DNA of 64,000 nt from an uncultured Actinomycetota bacterium (GCA_963788925.1 CAWBIH010000004.1:5679-69678), one strand, 5' to 3'; numbered from the stretch's first letter, positions 9,012-18,689 are shown. The notes: generated by a model from the sequence alone, not told the origin. A program made the numbers and translations.

Positions 9012-9841
9012 TGGTCCTGCCCTCCTTCCACGTCCACCCGTCGGTCTTCGCGGTGATGGGAGGGTTGATCTGGGCGTACCTCGGCGCGGCCAAGCGTCAC
9101 GAGCTCGCGACCGGTGAGCGGCTCGAGCCGGGCCGCCGCAACCGATTCCTGGGAGGCGTCGCGGTCCTCTTCCTCGGCGCGAGCTGGCCCCTCCACGATC
9201 TCGCGGAGAGCTATCTCTACAGCATGCACATGGTGCAGCACATGCTCTTCACGTTCGTGGCGGCGCCGTTGCTGCTGACCGGGATGCCGGCCTGGATGTG
9301 GCGCGCGCTGCTCCGTCCGGCACCCGTGCGGGCGGCGTGGGGGCTGCTCACACGCCCGCTCGTGGCGCTGGTGGTCGCCAACGGCGTCCTGTTCTTCATC
9401 CACTGGCCCGAGATCGTGTCGCTGTCCGTTCGCTCCGAGCTCGCGCACTTCTCGCTCCACACGCTGCTGCTGGGCTCGGCGATCGTGATGTGGTGGCCGG
9501 TGCTGTCGCCGCTGCCCGAGCTGCCGGCCCTGTCGCGGCCGGGTCAGCTGATCTATCTCTTCTTCCAGTCGCTCGCGCCGACGATCCCCGCGTCGTTCCT
9601 GACCTTCGGCACGAAGCCGCTGTATCCGATCTACGCCACGTTCCCGCGGATCTGGGGCATCGACCCGCTCACGGACCAGCTGATCGCCGGGTTGGTGATG
9701 AAGCTCGTCGGCGGCTTGATCCTCTGGGTCATCATCGCGGCGATCTTCTTCCGCTGGGGCCACGAGGAGACCACCGAGGGCTGGGACGCGCTCAAGTTCC
9801 GCAACGTCGAACGGGAGATCCGGGCCGGGATGGGCCGATGA
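9011..9841 (+). CDS. ctaG: cytochrome c oxidase assembly factor CtaG (Bacillus/caa3 type membrane protein)
   Basis: ORF 9011-9841. Polytopic, with HMVQHMLFTFVAAPLLLTG and WPVLSPLPE motifs. Its start overlaps the ctaF stop. Confidence 0.75.
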   Translation: MVLPSFHVHPSVFAVMGGLIWAYLGAAKRHELATGERLEPGRRNRFLGGVAVLFLGASWPLHDLAESYLYSMHMVQHMLFTFVAAPLLLTGMPAWMWRALLRPAPVRAAWGLLTRPLVALVVANGVLFFIHWPEIVSLSVRSELAHFSLHTLLLGSAIVMWWPVLSPLPELPALSRPGQLIYLFFQSLAPTIPASFLTFGTKPLYPIYATFPRIWGIDPLTDQLIAGLVMKLVGGLILWVIIAAIFFRWGHEETTEGWDALKFRNVEREIRAGMGR

Positions 9842-10815
9842 GCGATCGAGGCGAACGCGAGAGCCTCCTGCTCCCGATCCTGATCCCGGTCGGCGGGCTG
9901 GCCGTCATCGTCGTCGTCCTCTACGCGTTCTCGCGGGTGCTGCTCTCGGTGAAGCCGAACGCCGCGACGGCCGTCGCGTTCGCCGCGGCCGCCGGGGTCA
10001 TGGCCGTCGCGGCGTTCGTCGCGTCGCGCAAGCGGGTCACCGGGGCCGCGCTCGGTGCGTTCGTGGGCGCCGCCGCCGGCATCGCGATGCTCGCCGGCGG
10101 CGTCGCGATCGCGGTGATCGGTCCGCCGGAGGAAGAGGTGGAGCCGTTCCACGCGGCCCTCGCGGCGCCCGAGGGCGCCGCGAGCGAGGGGTTCTCCACC
10201 GACGCCCTCGAGGTTGAGGCCGACGTGCCGATCGACCTCGAGTTCGACAACCAGGATCCGTCGGTCGGGCACAACGTCCAGATCTTCGACGGACCGGACG
10301 CCTCGGCCGCGTCCCTCTTCCAGGGCGAGGTGATCACCGGCCCGGCCAAGACCACCTATCACGTGCCTCCTCTCGCAGAGGGTGAGTTCTTCTTCCACTG
10401 CGAGGTCCATCCCACGACCATGACCGGCACGATCACGGCGGCCAAGGGAGCGGGCGGGATCAAGGTCGTCGCCAAGGACACGGCGTTCGACACGAAAGAG
10501 ATCAAGCTTGCCGCGGACGCGCCCTCGAAGCTCACGTTCGACAACGAGGACCCGTTCGCGCACAACCTCGCGATCTACACGGACGAGACCACCTCCGGCG
10601 AGCCGCTCTTCACGTTCGAGCCATTCGCCGGTCCGGACACGAAGACGTTCGACGTGGACCCGCTCAAGGAGGGTGAGTACTACTTCCATTGCGACATCCA
10701 CCCGAACATGAACGGAACGGTCGTGGTCGGTCCGCCACCGCCCGGCGAAGGTGGGAGCGCCCCGCCACCGCCGGGTGAAGGTGAAGGTTCCCCGTCACCG
10801 CCGGGCGGGGGCTAG
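9838..10815 (+). CDS. membrane-anchored tandem cupredoxin (two type-1 blue-copper domains) with Pro/Gly-rich tail
   Basis: ATG 9838 (ATGA overlap with ctaG) within ORF 9298-10815. Three N-terminal TMs are followed by two repeats carrying His...Cys-x2-His-x(2-3)-Met ligand sets (GHNVQIF...FHCEVHPTTM and AHNLAIY...FHCDIHPNM). Confidence 0.8.
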   Translation: MSDRGERESLLLPILIPVGGLAVIVVVLYAFSRVLLSVKPNAATAVAFAAAAGVMAVAAFVASRKRVTGAALGAFVGAAAGIAMLAGGVAIAVIGPPEEEVEPFHAALAAPEGAASEGFSTDALEVEADVPIDLEFDNQDPSVGHNVQIFDGPDASAASLFQGEVITGPAKTTYHVPPLAEGEFFFHCEVHPTTMTGTITAAKGAGGIKVVAKDTAFDTKEIKLAADAPSKLTFDNEDPFAHNLAIYTDETTSGEPLFTFEPFAGPDTKTFDVDPLKEGEYYFHCDIHPNMNGTVVVGPPPPGEGGSAPPPPGEGEGSPSPPGGG

Positions 10816-10863
10816 CGTTCGCCTGGTTGAGAGCCGCCGGGGGTCGCGACCGCCGCTGGTAGC

Positions 10864-11388
10864 GTGGCCGGCGTGCCACCTCGGCTGCTTCGCTTCCTCA
10901 TCCTGCCGTGCATCGCGCTCCTGCTGGGGCCCGCATGCGGCGGGGGGGACTCGCTCGCCGGCGTCTCGAAGGTCGACGAACCGCTCCCGCGGCTGTCCGG
11001 CAAGACGCTCGAGGGCGACCGTCTGAACGCGTCTGATCATGCCGACGGAAGCGTGCTGGTCATCAACGTGTGGGCGGACTGGTGCGGCCCCTGCCGCCAG
11101 GAGCAGCCTCAGCTGGTTCGTCTGGCGGATCGCTACCACCAGGACGAGGTGCGGTTCCTCGGGATCAACTACCAGGACGATCGCGACGCCGCTCGCGCGT
11201 GGGTCGAGGAGTTCGGGGTCCCGTATCCCAGTCTCTACGACCCCTCGGGCCGGACCGCGGTCGACCTGGGGTTCCCGTTCCTGCCCGACACCTATGTGGT
11301 CGATCGGGAGGGCACGATCCGATGGGTGGTGTTCGGCGCGTCCGACGAGGAAGAGCTCTCGGGCCTGATCGACGACCTCCTCGCCTGA
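10864..11388 (+). CDS. TlpA/ResA-like thiol-disulfide oxidoreductase lipoprotein
   Basis: ORF 10864-11388. Lipobox LLGPAC; thioredoxin active site WADWCGPC. Confidence 0.85.
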   Translation: MAGVPPRLLRFLILPCIALLLGPACGGGDSLAGVSKVDEPLPRLSGKTLEGDRLNASDHADGSVLVINVWADWCGPCRQEQPQLVRLADRYHQDEVRFLGINYQDDRDAARAWVEEFGVPYPSLYDPSGRTAVDLGFPFLPDTYVVDREGTIRWVVFGASDEEELSGLIDDLLA

Positions 11389-11392
11389 ACTC

Positions 11393-12484
11393 TCAGAGGA
11401 GTGCGTCGAGGCCGACCGCTCCGAACAGCCCGGCGAGGTACAGGATCGAGAACGCGAACAGTCGCCGCGTCCGGGCGTCGTCGCCGGTCCGCCAGACCTG
11501 CAGCGCGCGGTAGACGAACGAACCACCGAGCAGCACCGCGGCGCCCGTGTAGACGGGTCCCATGTGTCCTACGGGGACCAACACCAGCGTCGTCGCGAAC
11601 AGGACGAGTGAATAGAGGAGGATCTGCCGACGGGTCTCGGCCTCCCCGCGCACGACCGGGAGCATCGGGACGCCGGCCGCCGCGTAGTCGCCCGAGAACC
11701 GCATCGCGAGCGCCCAGAAGTGCGGCGGGGTCCACACGAACACGATCCCGAACAGAACGACGGCCGGCCAGGCGAGCGTCCCGGTGACGGCAGCCCATCC
11801 GACGAGCGCGGGCACGGCGCCGGCCGCACCTCCGATCACGATGTTCTGCGCCGTCGTCCGCTTCAGCCACATCGTGTAGACGAAGACGTAGAACGCGATC
11901 GCCGAGAGCGCCAGCACCGCGGCAAGGACGTTGACCACGACGGCGAGGAAGTAGAAGGCGATCGCGCCGAGGACGAAGCCGAATCGCAGCGCATGCTCCG
12001 GCGCGATCGCGTGAGAGGGGAGAGGACGCTGCCGGGTCCTCCGCATGATCGCGTCGATGTCGCGGTCGAGATACATGTTGATGGAGTTGGCGGAGCCCGC
12101 CGCGAGCGCGCCGCCGACGAGGGTCGCGAGGATCAGCCAGAGAGAAGGGAGTCCTTCGGCGGCGAGGAGCATCGCGGGCACCGTCGTGATGAGCAGCAGC
12201 AGCACGATGCGGGGTTTCGTGAGGCGGTAGTACGCGGTGACGGTGTCGCGGAGGGAGGGACGTTCGCCCTCGGTCGTCTCGTCGCCATCCTGCTCGGGCC
12301 GCGGCTGCCCAGCCGCGAGCCTCGACGCCACGGTGGCGAGCGCGACGACGGTCGCCCAGATCAGGACCGAGATCGCGACGTGTGCGACGACCGCCCACGG
12401 CCGGAGCCGTGTCCACACGTTGGCCGCGCCCACCATGATCTGGACGCCGAACAGCACGAGGGCCGCGGTCGAGAGCCGTACCAA
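11393..12484 (-). CDS. ctaB: protohaem IX farnesyltransferase (haem O synthase) CtaB, preceded in the same ORF by the last two TM helices of CtaA
   Basis: ORF 11393-12484. YYRLTKPRIVLLLLITTVPAM and NMYLDRDIDAIMRRTRQRP are UbiA-family motifs. The N-terminal 70 aa (LVLFGVQIMVGAANVW...HVAISVLIW) look like the CtaA C-terminus. Confidence 0.85.
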   Translation of the reverse strand: MVRLSTAALVLFGVQIMVGAANVWTRLRPWAVVAHVAISVLIWATVVALATVASRLAAGQPRPEQDGDETTEGERPSLRDTVTAYYRLTKPRIVLLLLITTVPAMLLAAEGLPSLWLILATLVGGALAAGSANSINMYLDRDIDAIMRRTRQRPLPSHAIAPEHALRFGFVLGAIAFYFLAVVVNVLAAVLALSAIAFYVFVYTMWLKRTTAQNIVIGGAAGAVPALVGWAAVTGTLAWPAVVLFGIVFVWTPPHFWALAMRFSGDYAAAGVPMLPVVRGEAETRRQILLYSLVLFATTLVLVPVGHMGPVYTGAAVLLGGSFVYRALQVWRTGDDARTRRLFAFSILYLAGLFGAVGLDALL

Positions 12485-13214
12485 TAGAGGATGCCCAGGC
12501 GTGCTCGGTGCGAGCTCGGATCGCCGTCCACAGCACGAGGAGCAGCGCGATCGCGGCGAGCACGCGGTGGAGGAACATCGCGGTGGCGGCGCCGCCGAGC
12601 GTGGGGACGAGCCTCCCGTCCATCAACGGCCAGTCGGTGAACACGAGCTGCGCGTCACTCGCCCTGACGTACGTGCCGACGAGCAGAAGGAGTCCGACGA
12701 CCGTCGCGGTCACGAGAGCCAGCCGCGAGAACGATCGGGCAGCCCCGTTGATGGCGCCTCCGTCGCGAGCGCTCGAGGTCATGGTGGCGCATGCCGCGAC
12801 GTACGTCACGTCCGCGATCAGGAGCAGCGCGACCACGAAGTGCGCGGTCACCCACCAGGGATCCAGGTCCGTGGCTACGACCACGGCGCCGAGCCCCGCC
12901 TGGGCCATCACGAGCGGGAACGCGAGGACCGCCGGCCAGAGCACCGACGGGTCTCGACGCTCCGAGCGGATCGCGGCGAGGCCGGTGAGCGCCGAGAGCA
13001 CGGCCACGAGGAACGCCATCCCTCGGTGCGAGAACTCGATGAGCGAATGGACGGTCCCCGAAGGGAAGAGGCGACCCGGCTCGCAGCCGGGCCAGGTGGA
13101 GCACCCGAGGCCGGAGCCCGTCCCCCGCACGAGCCCCCCGATCGCGAACAGCACCACCGTGGCGATCGCCGTTGCGAGCGCGAGGGTGCGGAAGCGGGAA
13201 CGGGAGACCGGCAT
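12483..13214 (-). CDS. ctaA: haem A synthase CtaA/COX15, N-terminal about 245 aa; reading frame breaks near 12484-12510 and continues into the ctaB ORF
   Basis: ATG 13214 within long ORF 11292-14600. Sequence reads MPVSRSRFRTLALATAIATVVLFAIGGLVRGTGSGLGCSTWPGCEPG...EFSHRGMAFLV...TAHFVVALLL...FLHRVLAAI. Confidence 0.8.
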
Positions 13215-13226
13215 GGCGACGCACGA

Positions 13227-14124
13227 ATGATAGTCGCGCCTTCGAGGGGGCTCGGCCTTGCGATACTGCCGCTCGTGACCGGAGATCTCCGCGCGCGCGT
13301 CGACACCGCCCTGGCGGCGTTCCTCGACGAGCGTCGTGGCCGGGTGGAGCGGCTGGATCCGTCTGCGCTCCCACTGGTGGACGAGGTGCGGCGCCTCGTC
13401 GACGCGGGGGGCAAGCGGATCCGTCCCGCGTTCTGCTACTGGGGGTTCCGCGCGGCCGGCGGCGAGGACGGCGAGGCGATCGTGCGCGCCGCGGCTTCGC
13501 TCGAGCTCCTGCACACCATGGCGCTGGTCCACGACGACCTGATCGACGGAGCGAAGGAGCGGCGAGGGGTTCCCACGACGGCCGTGTGGTTCTCCGAGCG
13601 AGCCTCCGAGCTCGGGGCGCCCGGCGATCCAAGGGACTTCGGCAGCTCGATGGCGATCCTGGTCGGCGACGTGAGCGCGGTGTGGGCGGACGGGCTGTTG
13701 TCGGCGTCGGGGTTCCCGCCCGGTGTGCTCGTCCCGGCTCTGGGCGTGTATCACGACATGCGGGAGCGGATGGCGGTCGGGCAGTACCTGGACGTCGGCG
13801 GCGCGGCGGGCGACCCGCAGGTCGCCCGCCACGCCGCCTCGCTGAAGGGCGGGAGCTACACCGTGGAAGGACCGCTCCTGATCGGTGCGGCGCTCGCGGG
13901 AGGCTCGCCGGCGGTGACGGAGTGCCTGTCCCGGTTCGGCGCGCCGCTCGGCGAAGCCTTCCAGCTCCGCGACGACCTGGAGGACGGCGAGGCTGCGGCG
14001 GGCGTGACACGCGAGACGGTGAACGGACTGGTCGCCGAGGCGAAGGCTTCGCTCGACCAAGCCGTTCTTCACGGCCGAGTCGGTCACGGCGCTGGGGGAC
14101 CTCGCGGACAAGGTGGCGATGTGA
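13227..14124 (+). CDS. polyprenyl (geranylgeranyl-type) diphosphate synthase; probable 1-nt frame break at about 14058
   Basis: Frame of ORF 12237-14546. It carries Asp-rich motifs LVHDDLID and FQLRDDLED. A typical C-terminus (KPFFTAESVTALGDLADKVAM, stop at 14122-14124) appears only after skipping one base at 14058. An alternative start is GTG 13275. Confidence 0.75.
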
Positions 14125-14546
14125 CCGAGGACCTCGAGATGCTCCGCCGGCTGTTCCGCGACCACCCGACATGTCGGGTCGCGACCGTGCGGCCCCACGG
14201 CGGGCCGCACGTCGCCACCCGTTGGTTCGTGTGGCAGCCGGACGCCCTCTACGTCGCCACGCGGGTCGGCGACTCCACGTGGGAGGCCCTCGAACACGAC
14301 GGCCGGATCTCGCTCCTGATCGACCGCGGGCGGGAGTGGAACGACCTCTCGGGCGTGAGGATCGAAGGTGTCGCCGAGCTCCTGCCGGCGGAGCACCCCG
14401 ACCTTCGCGAGCCGATGTCCGCCTGGCACGAGAAGTACCGGACGTTCTTCGCCGGTGACGGCTTCGAACGGTTCGCGGCGGCGATCCCGCAGCTCGGGTT
14501 CCTCCGTGTGGTCCCCGCCGTCGTGGACGCCTGGGACCACGGTTGA
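14121..14546 (+). CDS. pyridoxamine 5'-phosphate oxidase (PPOX)-family flavin/deazaflavin-binding protein
   Basis: GTG 14121 (ATGTGA overlap with the corrected synthase stop). Small beta-barrel-type sequence: CRVATVRPHGGPHVATRWFVWQPDALYVAT...SGVRIEGVAELL. Confidence 0.6.
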   Translation: MTEDLEMLRRLFRDHPTCRVATVRPHGGPHVATRWFVWQPDALYVATRVGDSTWEALEHDGRISLLIDRGREWNDLSGVRIEGVAELLPAEHPDLREPMSAWHEKYRTFFAGDGFERFAAAIPQLGFLRVVPAVVDAWDHG

Positions 14547-14576
14547 ATCCCGGCTGCCCGCTCTCGGAGCCGGTGC

Positions 14577-14603
14577 TAGGCTGCTTGTGAAAGGTTTCAC
14601 GAG
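14577..14603 (+). promoter_or_regulatory. extended -10 element (TGcTAGGCT) followed by the Rex-operator-like palindrome CTTGTGAAAGGTTTCACGAG
   Basis: The operator at 14584-14603 contains TTGTGAA-N4-TTCACgA, which matches 13 of 14 consensus positions. It lies 32 nt upstream of GTG 14635, and a GAGGGGAGG Shine-Dalgarno sits in between. Confidence 0.65.
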
Positions 14604-14634
14604 CGCCCGACGGGGCTCCTGAGGGGAGGCGCGC

Positions 14635-15882
14635 GTGCCAGAGCGGATCGAGACCGACGTCCTGGTCGTCGGCGCCGGCCCAGGTGGTTCGGCGGCGGCC
14701 TACCACCTCGCTCGTCACGGCATCGACGTCACGGCCGTCGACAAGGCGAGCTTCCCGCGCGAGAAGGTCTGCGGCGACGGACTCACTCCACGCAGTGTCG
14801 GCGCGGTGGAGCGCATGGGCGTGGACACGAGCGATCCCGGCTTCGAGCGCGTGATCGGCCTCCGCGTCCATTCGAAGGACGTCACGATCGATCTCCCGTG
14901 GCCCGAGCTCGAGACCTGGCCCAACTACGGCCTGGTGATGCCGCGGCTCGGCTTCGACCACATCCTGCTGGAACGAGCCAAGAAGGCCGGCGCCCGGGTC
15001 ATGGAAGCCACCGACGCCAGGAGGCCCCTGATCAAGGACGGGTGGGTCGTCGGCGCCGAGACGGCGCCCGCCGACGACGCCGATGCCGAGCCCAGCGAGA
15101 TCCACGCCCGCTTCACGATCGCGGCGGACGGCGCCGCGAGCCGCTTCGCGGCTCCCGCCGGCGTCCGCCGCGACGAGACCCGGCCCCTCGGCATCGCCGC
15201 CCGTCGCTACTACCGCGCCCCGAACCTCAGCGGGCCGTGGTTCGAGTCCTGGCTCGATCTCTGGGAGGGCGACATGCTCCTCCCCGGCTACGGCTGGCTC
15301 TTCCCGATGGCCGACGGCCGTGTGAACCTCGGCGCAGGACTGTTGAGCACCTTCCGGAACTTCAAGGACATCTCGGCCCCGCGCCTGTTCGATGCGTTCG
15401 CCACCATGCTTCCGGAGGAGCGGGGGATCTCGGAGGAGAACGCCGACGGCCGGATGCTCTCCGGGCCGCTCCCGATGAGCATGAACCGGGCGCCGCAGGC
15501 GGTTCCGGGGCTGCTCGTCGTCGGGGACGCCGCGGGCGCCGTGAACCCGATGAACGGTGAGGGGATCGCCTACGCGATCGAGACCGGGGAGATCGCCGCC
15601 GAGCTGATCCACGAGGCGCTCGTGAAGGACCGGCCCGGCCTCGCGATGGTGTATCCGCAGGCGCTCCGCGAGCGCTACGGCCGCTACTTCCACCTCGGTC
15701 GCGGCTTCGCGAAGCTCGTCGGCAAGCCCGAGATCATGGGTCCCGCGACGAAGTACCTGCTGCCCAACCAGAAGGTCATGGGGTTCGCGATGCGGATGAT
15801 GGCGAACCTCACGGACGGCCGCGACGGGGACGCGCAGGACAAGCTCTTCTACGTGCTCGAGAGGCTGGCTCGCGCGTCGTGA
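14635..15882 (+). CDS. FAD-dependent geranylgeranyl reductase family protein (menaquinone-side-chain reductase MenJ-like)
   Basis: ORF 14635-15882. Contains the VLVVGAGPGGSAAAY dinucleotide fold and FPREKVCGDGLTP. It sits immediately upstream of nuoA, as in many actinobacteria. Confidence 0.85.
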   Translation: MPERIETDVLVVGAGPGGSAAAYHLARHGIDVTAVDKASFPREKVCGDGLTPRSVGAVERMGVDTSDPGFERVIGLRVHSKDVTIDLPWPELETWPNYGLVMPRLGFDHILLERAKKAGARVMEATDARRPLIKDGWVVGAETAPADDADAEPSEIHARFTIAADGAASRFAAPAGVRRDETRPLGIAARRYYRAPNLSGPWFESWLDLWEGDMLLPGYGWLFPMADGRVNLGAGLLSTFRNFKDISAPRLFDAFATMLPEERGISEENADGRMLSGPLPMSMNRAPQAVPGLLVVGDAAGAVNPMNGEGIAYAIETGEIAAELIHEALVKDRPGLAMVYPQALRERYGRYFHLGRGFAKLVGKPEIMGPATKYLLPNQKVMGFAMRMMANLTDGRDGDAQDKLFYVLERLARAS

Positions 15883-16385
15883 CCGTAGGATTGCCGCCCG
15901 TGGGTCTGCGCGGATCCTTCGGGACGTTCCTGGCCGCCGGACTGAGCGACTACCTGCCCATCCTCCTCATGGGGGTGCTCGCCGTCGCGTTCGCGGTGGC
16001 CTCGCTCGGCGCATCGGCCCTGCTTCGTCCGCACCGGCCCAACCGCCCCAAGCTCTCCGCCTATGAGAGCGGCAACGATCCGGTGCGGCTCCCGGGCGGA
16101 GAGCGCTTCAGCGTGAAGTTCTACGTCGTCGCGATGCTCTTCATCATCTTCGACATCGAGACGATCTTCCTGTTCCCGTGGGCCGTCACGTTCCGGCAGC
16201 TCGGTCTGTTCGGGCTGATCGAGATGGCGGTGTTCATCGGGCTCGTGTTCGTCGCGTACGTCTACATCTGGAAGAAGGGGGGCCTCGACTGGTCCTCGGC
16301 GCCACCCGATCTTCGGGACGACGAGGATCTCGAGGAGCCGACCCCGGTCGCGGAGCTGGACGAGGAGTATCTCGGTGCCCGTTGA
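15879..16385 (+). CDS. nuoA: NADH-quinone oxidoreductase subunit A
   Basis: ORF 15879-16385. Motifs YESGNDP and [12 protein letters not shown], plus an acidic C-terminal extension. Confidence 0.9.
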   Translation: MTVGLPPVGLRGSFGTFLAAGLSDYLPILLMGVLAVAFAVASLGASALLRPHRPNRPKLSAYESGNDPVRLPGGERFSVKFYVVAMLFIIFDIETIFLFPWAVTFRQLGLFGLIEMAVFIGLVFVAYVYIWKKGGLDWSSAPPDLRDDEDLEEPTPVAELDEEYLGAR

Positions 16386-16893
16386 GCGCTACGAAGGACA
16401 CCTCACCGGCCGGACCCCGGAGGAGGTCGAGGAAGAGGTTCGGAAGGGCGTCATGCTCACCACGATGGACCGCGCCGTCAGCTGGGCGCGGAAGCAGTCC
16501 ATGTGGCCCGCGACGTTCGGTCTCGCCTGCTGTGCGATCGAGATGATGTCCGCCGGCGCCGGCCGCTACGACCTCTCCCGGTGGGGGATGGAGCTGTTCC
16601 GTGCCTCGCCCCGACAGGCCGACCTGATGATCGTCGCCGGCCGGGTGTCCCAGAAGATGGCGCCCGTTCTCCGGCGTGTCTACGACCAGATGGTCGAGCC
16701 GAAATGGGTCGTCTCGATGGGCGTGTGCGCGTCCGCCGGTGGCATGTTCACGAACTACGCCATCGTCCAGGGCGTCGACACGATCGTGCCGGTCGACATC
16801 TACGTTCCCGGGTGCCCGCCCAAGCCGGAGATGCTGATGTTCGGAATCTTGAAGCTGCACGAGAAGATCCGGACGACCGGGACGATCCGATGA
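16375..16893 (+). CDS. nuoB: NADH-quinone oxidoreductase subunit B
   Basis: Contains [18 protein letters not shown] and PGCPPKP, the ligands of cluster N2. Confidence 0.95.
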   Translation: MPVERYEGHLTGRTPEEVEEEVRKGVMLTTMDRAVSWARKQSMWPATFGLACCAIEMMSAGAGRYDLSRWGMELFRASPRQADLMIVAGRVSQKMAPVLRRVYDQMVEPKWVVSMGVCASAGGMFTNYAIVQGVDTIVPVDIYVPGCPPKPEMLMFGILKLHEKIRTTGTIR

Positions 16894-17390
16894 AGTCCGC
16901 GGAGCTGGCCGGGCGTATCCGGGACCACTTCCCCGACGCGCTGGACGCACGCGACGAGGTCACGGTGTTCATCGGCAGAGACGAGCTGGTCGACGCGTTG
17001 GTCCGACTTCGCGACCAGCCGGATCTCTCGTTCGGCTTCCTCTCGAGCGTGACCGCGACCGATCACCCCGGGAAGGATCCGCGGTTCTGGGTCGTCTACG
17101 AGCTCCGATCCGTGGCCCATGCGCATCGCCTCCGTGTCAAGGTGGGGCTGCCCGGCGACGATCCGCACGTGCCGTCGGTCACCGGGCTCTTCCCAACGGC
17201 CGATTGGCACGAGCGGGAGACGTGGGACCTGTTCGGGGTCGTCTTCGACGACCATCCGGATCTCGACCGGATCCTGCTCCCCGACGACTGGGAGGGCCAT
17301 CCCCTCCGCAAGGACGAGGAGCTCGGGGGCGTCGGCACGCAGTACCACGGCGCGTTCATCCCACCCGTCGACGAACGGACGATGCCCTGA
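16890..17390 (+). CDS. nuoC: NADH-quinone oxidoreductase subunit C
   Basis: ATG 16890 (ATGA overlap with nuoB). Contains [24 protein letters not shown]. Confidence 0.9.
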   Translation: MKSAELAGRIRDHFPDALDARDEVTVFIGRDELVDALVRLRDQPDLSFGFLSSVTATDHPGKDPRFWVVYELRSVAHAHRLRVKVGLPGDDPHVPSVTGLFPTADWHERETWDLFGVVFDDHPDLDRILLPDDWEGHPLRKDEELGGVGTQYHGAFIPPVDERTMP

Positions 17391-17402
17391 TGGGTCGGAG
17401 AG

Positions 17403-18689
17403 ATGGACGCGGCGCGCGACGAACTCCGAGGCGTTCCTCATCAGGTCCGTGACCGGGTCACGGGCGAGGTCCGCCGGGAGACGATGATCATCAACATGGG
17501 GCCGCAGCACCCCTCGACGCACGGGGTGCTCCGCCTGCTCCTCGAATTGGACGGCGAGACCGTCATCCGGTGCAAGCCGATCGTCGGCTACCTCCACACC
17601 GGCATCGAGAAGAACACGGAGTACCGCACGTGGGTCCAGGGCGTCGCCTATGTCACGCGCGCCGATTACCTCTCCCCGTTCTTCAACGAGCTCGCGTATT
17701 GCCTGGCCGTGGAGCGGCTCCTCGGGATCGAGGCGCCGCCCCGAGCCCAGGTCCTGCGGGTGATGCTCTGCGAGCTCAATCGGATCGCGTCCCACCTGGT
17801 CTGGCTCGCCACGGGCAGCCTGGAGCTCGGCGCGGTCTCGATGATGCTCTACGGGTTCCGCGAGCGCGAGGTGATCCTCGACATCTTCGAGGCGGTCACC
17901 GGCCTTCGGATGAACCATTCGTACATCCGGCCCGGCGGCGTGATCATGGATCTGCCGTCCGACGGCCCGCGCATGATCGCGAAGCTCCTCGACACGATGC
18001 CGGCTCGGATCGACGACTACGAGCGGATCTTGAACGACAACCCGATCTGGCTCGAGCGCAACGTGGGCGTCGGGAAGCTCTCCGCCGAGGATGCGCTCGC
18101 CTTCGGCGTCACGGGGCCGATCCTCCGGTCCGCCGGAGTCCCCATCGACCTGCGGAAGGACGAGCCGTACAGCGGCTACGAGACCTACGACTTCGACGTG
18201 CCCGTGAGGATCGAGGCGGACGCGTACTCGCGCTACGTGATCCGTATCGAGGAGATGCGCGAGTCGCTGAAGATCGTCGAGCAGGCGCTCGAGCGGCTCG
18301 CCGAACCCGGCCCGGTGATGGTCGAGGACCCCAAGGTCGGCTGGCCGGCGAAGCTCTCGGTGGGACCCGACGGCATCGGGAACGACGAGGCGTACCTCCG
18401 CCACATCATGGAGGAGTCGATGGAGGCCCTGATCCATCACTTCAAGATGGTCACGCAAGGGGTGCGGGTCCCCGAGGGCGAGGTCTACACCGCGGTCGAA
18501 TCGCCCCGCGGAGAGCTCGGCATGTACGTGGTCTCCGCCAACGAGCACCGCCCCTACCGCGTCAAGATCCGCGACCCCTCGTTCGTGAACCTCCAGGCGG
18601 TCCCGACGATGGTCGAGGGCGGGCTCATCGCCGACGCGATCGCGGTGATCGCGTCCCTCGATCCGGTGATGGGGGGCGTCGATCGCTGA
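17403..18689 (+). CDS. nuoD: NADH-quinone oxidoreductase subunit D
   Basis: ORF 17403-18689. Contains [15 protein letters not shown] and YLHTGIEKN. Confidence 0.95.
   Translation: MDAARDELRGVPHQVRDRVTGEVRRETMIINMGPQHPSTHGVLRLLLELDGETVIRCKPIVGYLHTGIEKNTEYRTWVQGVAYVTRADYLSPFFNELAYCLAVERLLGIEAPPRAQVLRVMLCELNRIASHLVWLATGSLELGAVSMMLYGFREREVILDIFEAVTGLRMNHSYIRPGGVIMDLPSDGPRMIAKLLDTMPARIDDYERILNDNPIWLERNVGVGKLSAEDALAFGVTGPILRSAGVPIDLRKDEPYSGYETYDFDVPVRIEADAYSRYVIRIEEMRESLKIVEQALERLAEPGPVMVEDPKVGWPAKLSVGPDGIGNDEAYLRHIMEESMEALIHHFKMVTQGVRVPEGEVYTAVESPRGELGMYVVSANEHRPYRVKIRDPSFVNLQAVPTMVEGGLIADAIAVIASLDPVMGGVDR

Noticed and set aside
12655-15693. Very long antisense ORFs, for example 12655-15693 minus (1012 aa). 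Others include 2358-3980, 6138-7877, 16800-18548, 20361-22202, 27108-28811, 28601-30529 and 38612-41023 on the minus strand, and 3883-6168 and 19533-22922 upstream of their real starts.
   Set aside because: Their translations are Arg/Pro/Gly/Asp-rich low-complexity strings with no motifs. They lie opposite or out of frame to genes with unmistakable conserved motifs. This is the usual stop-codon depletion artefact of about 70% GC DNA.
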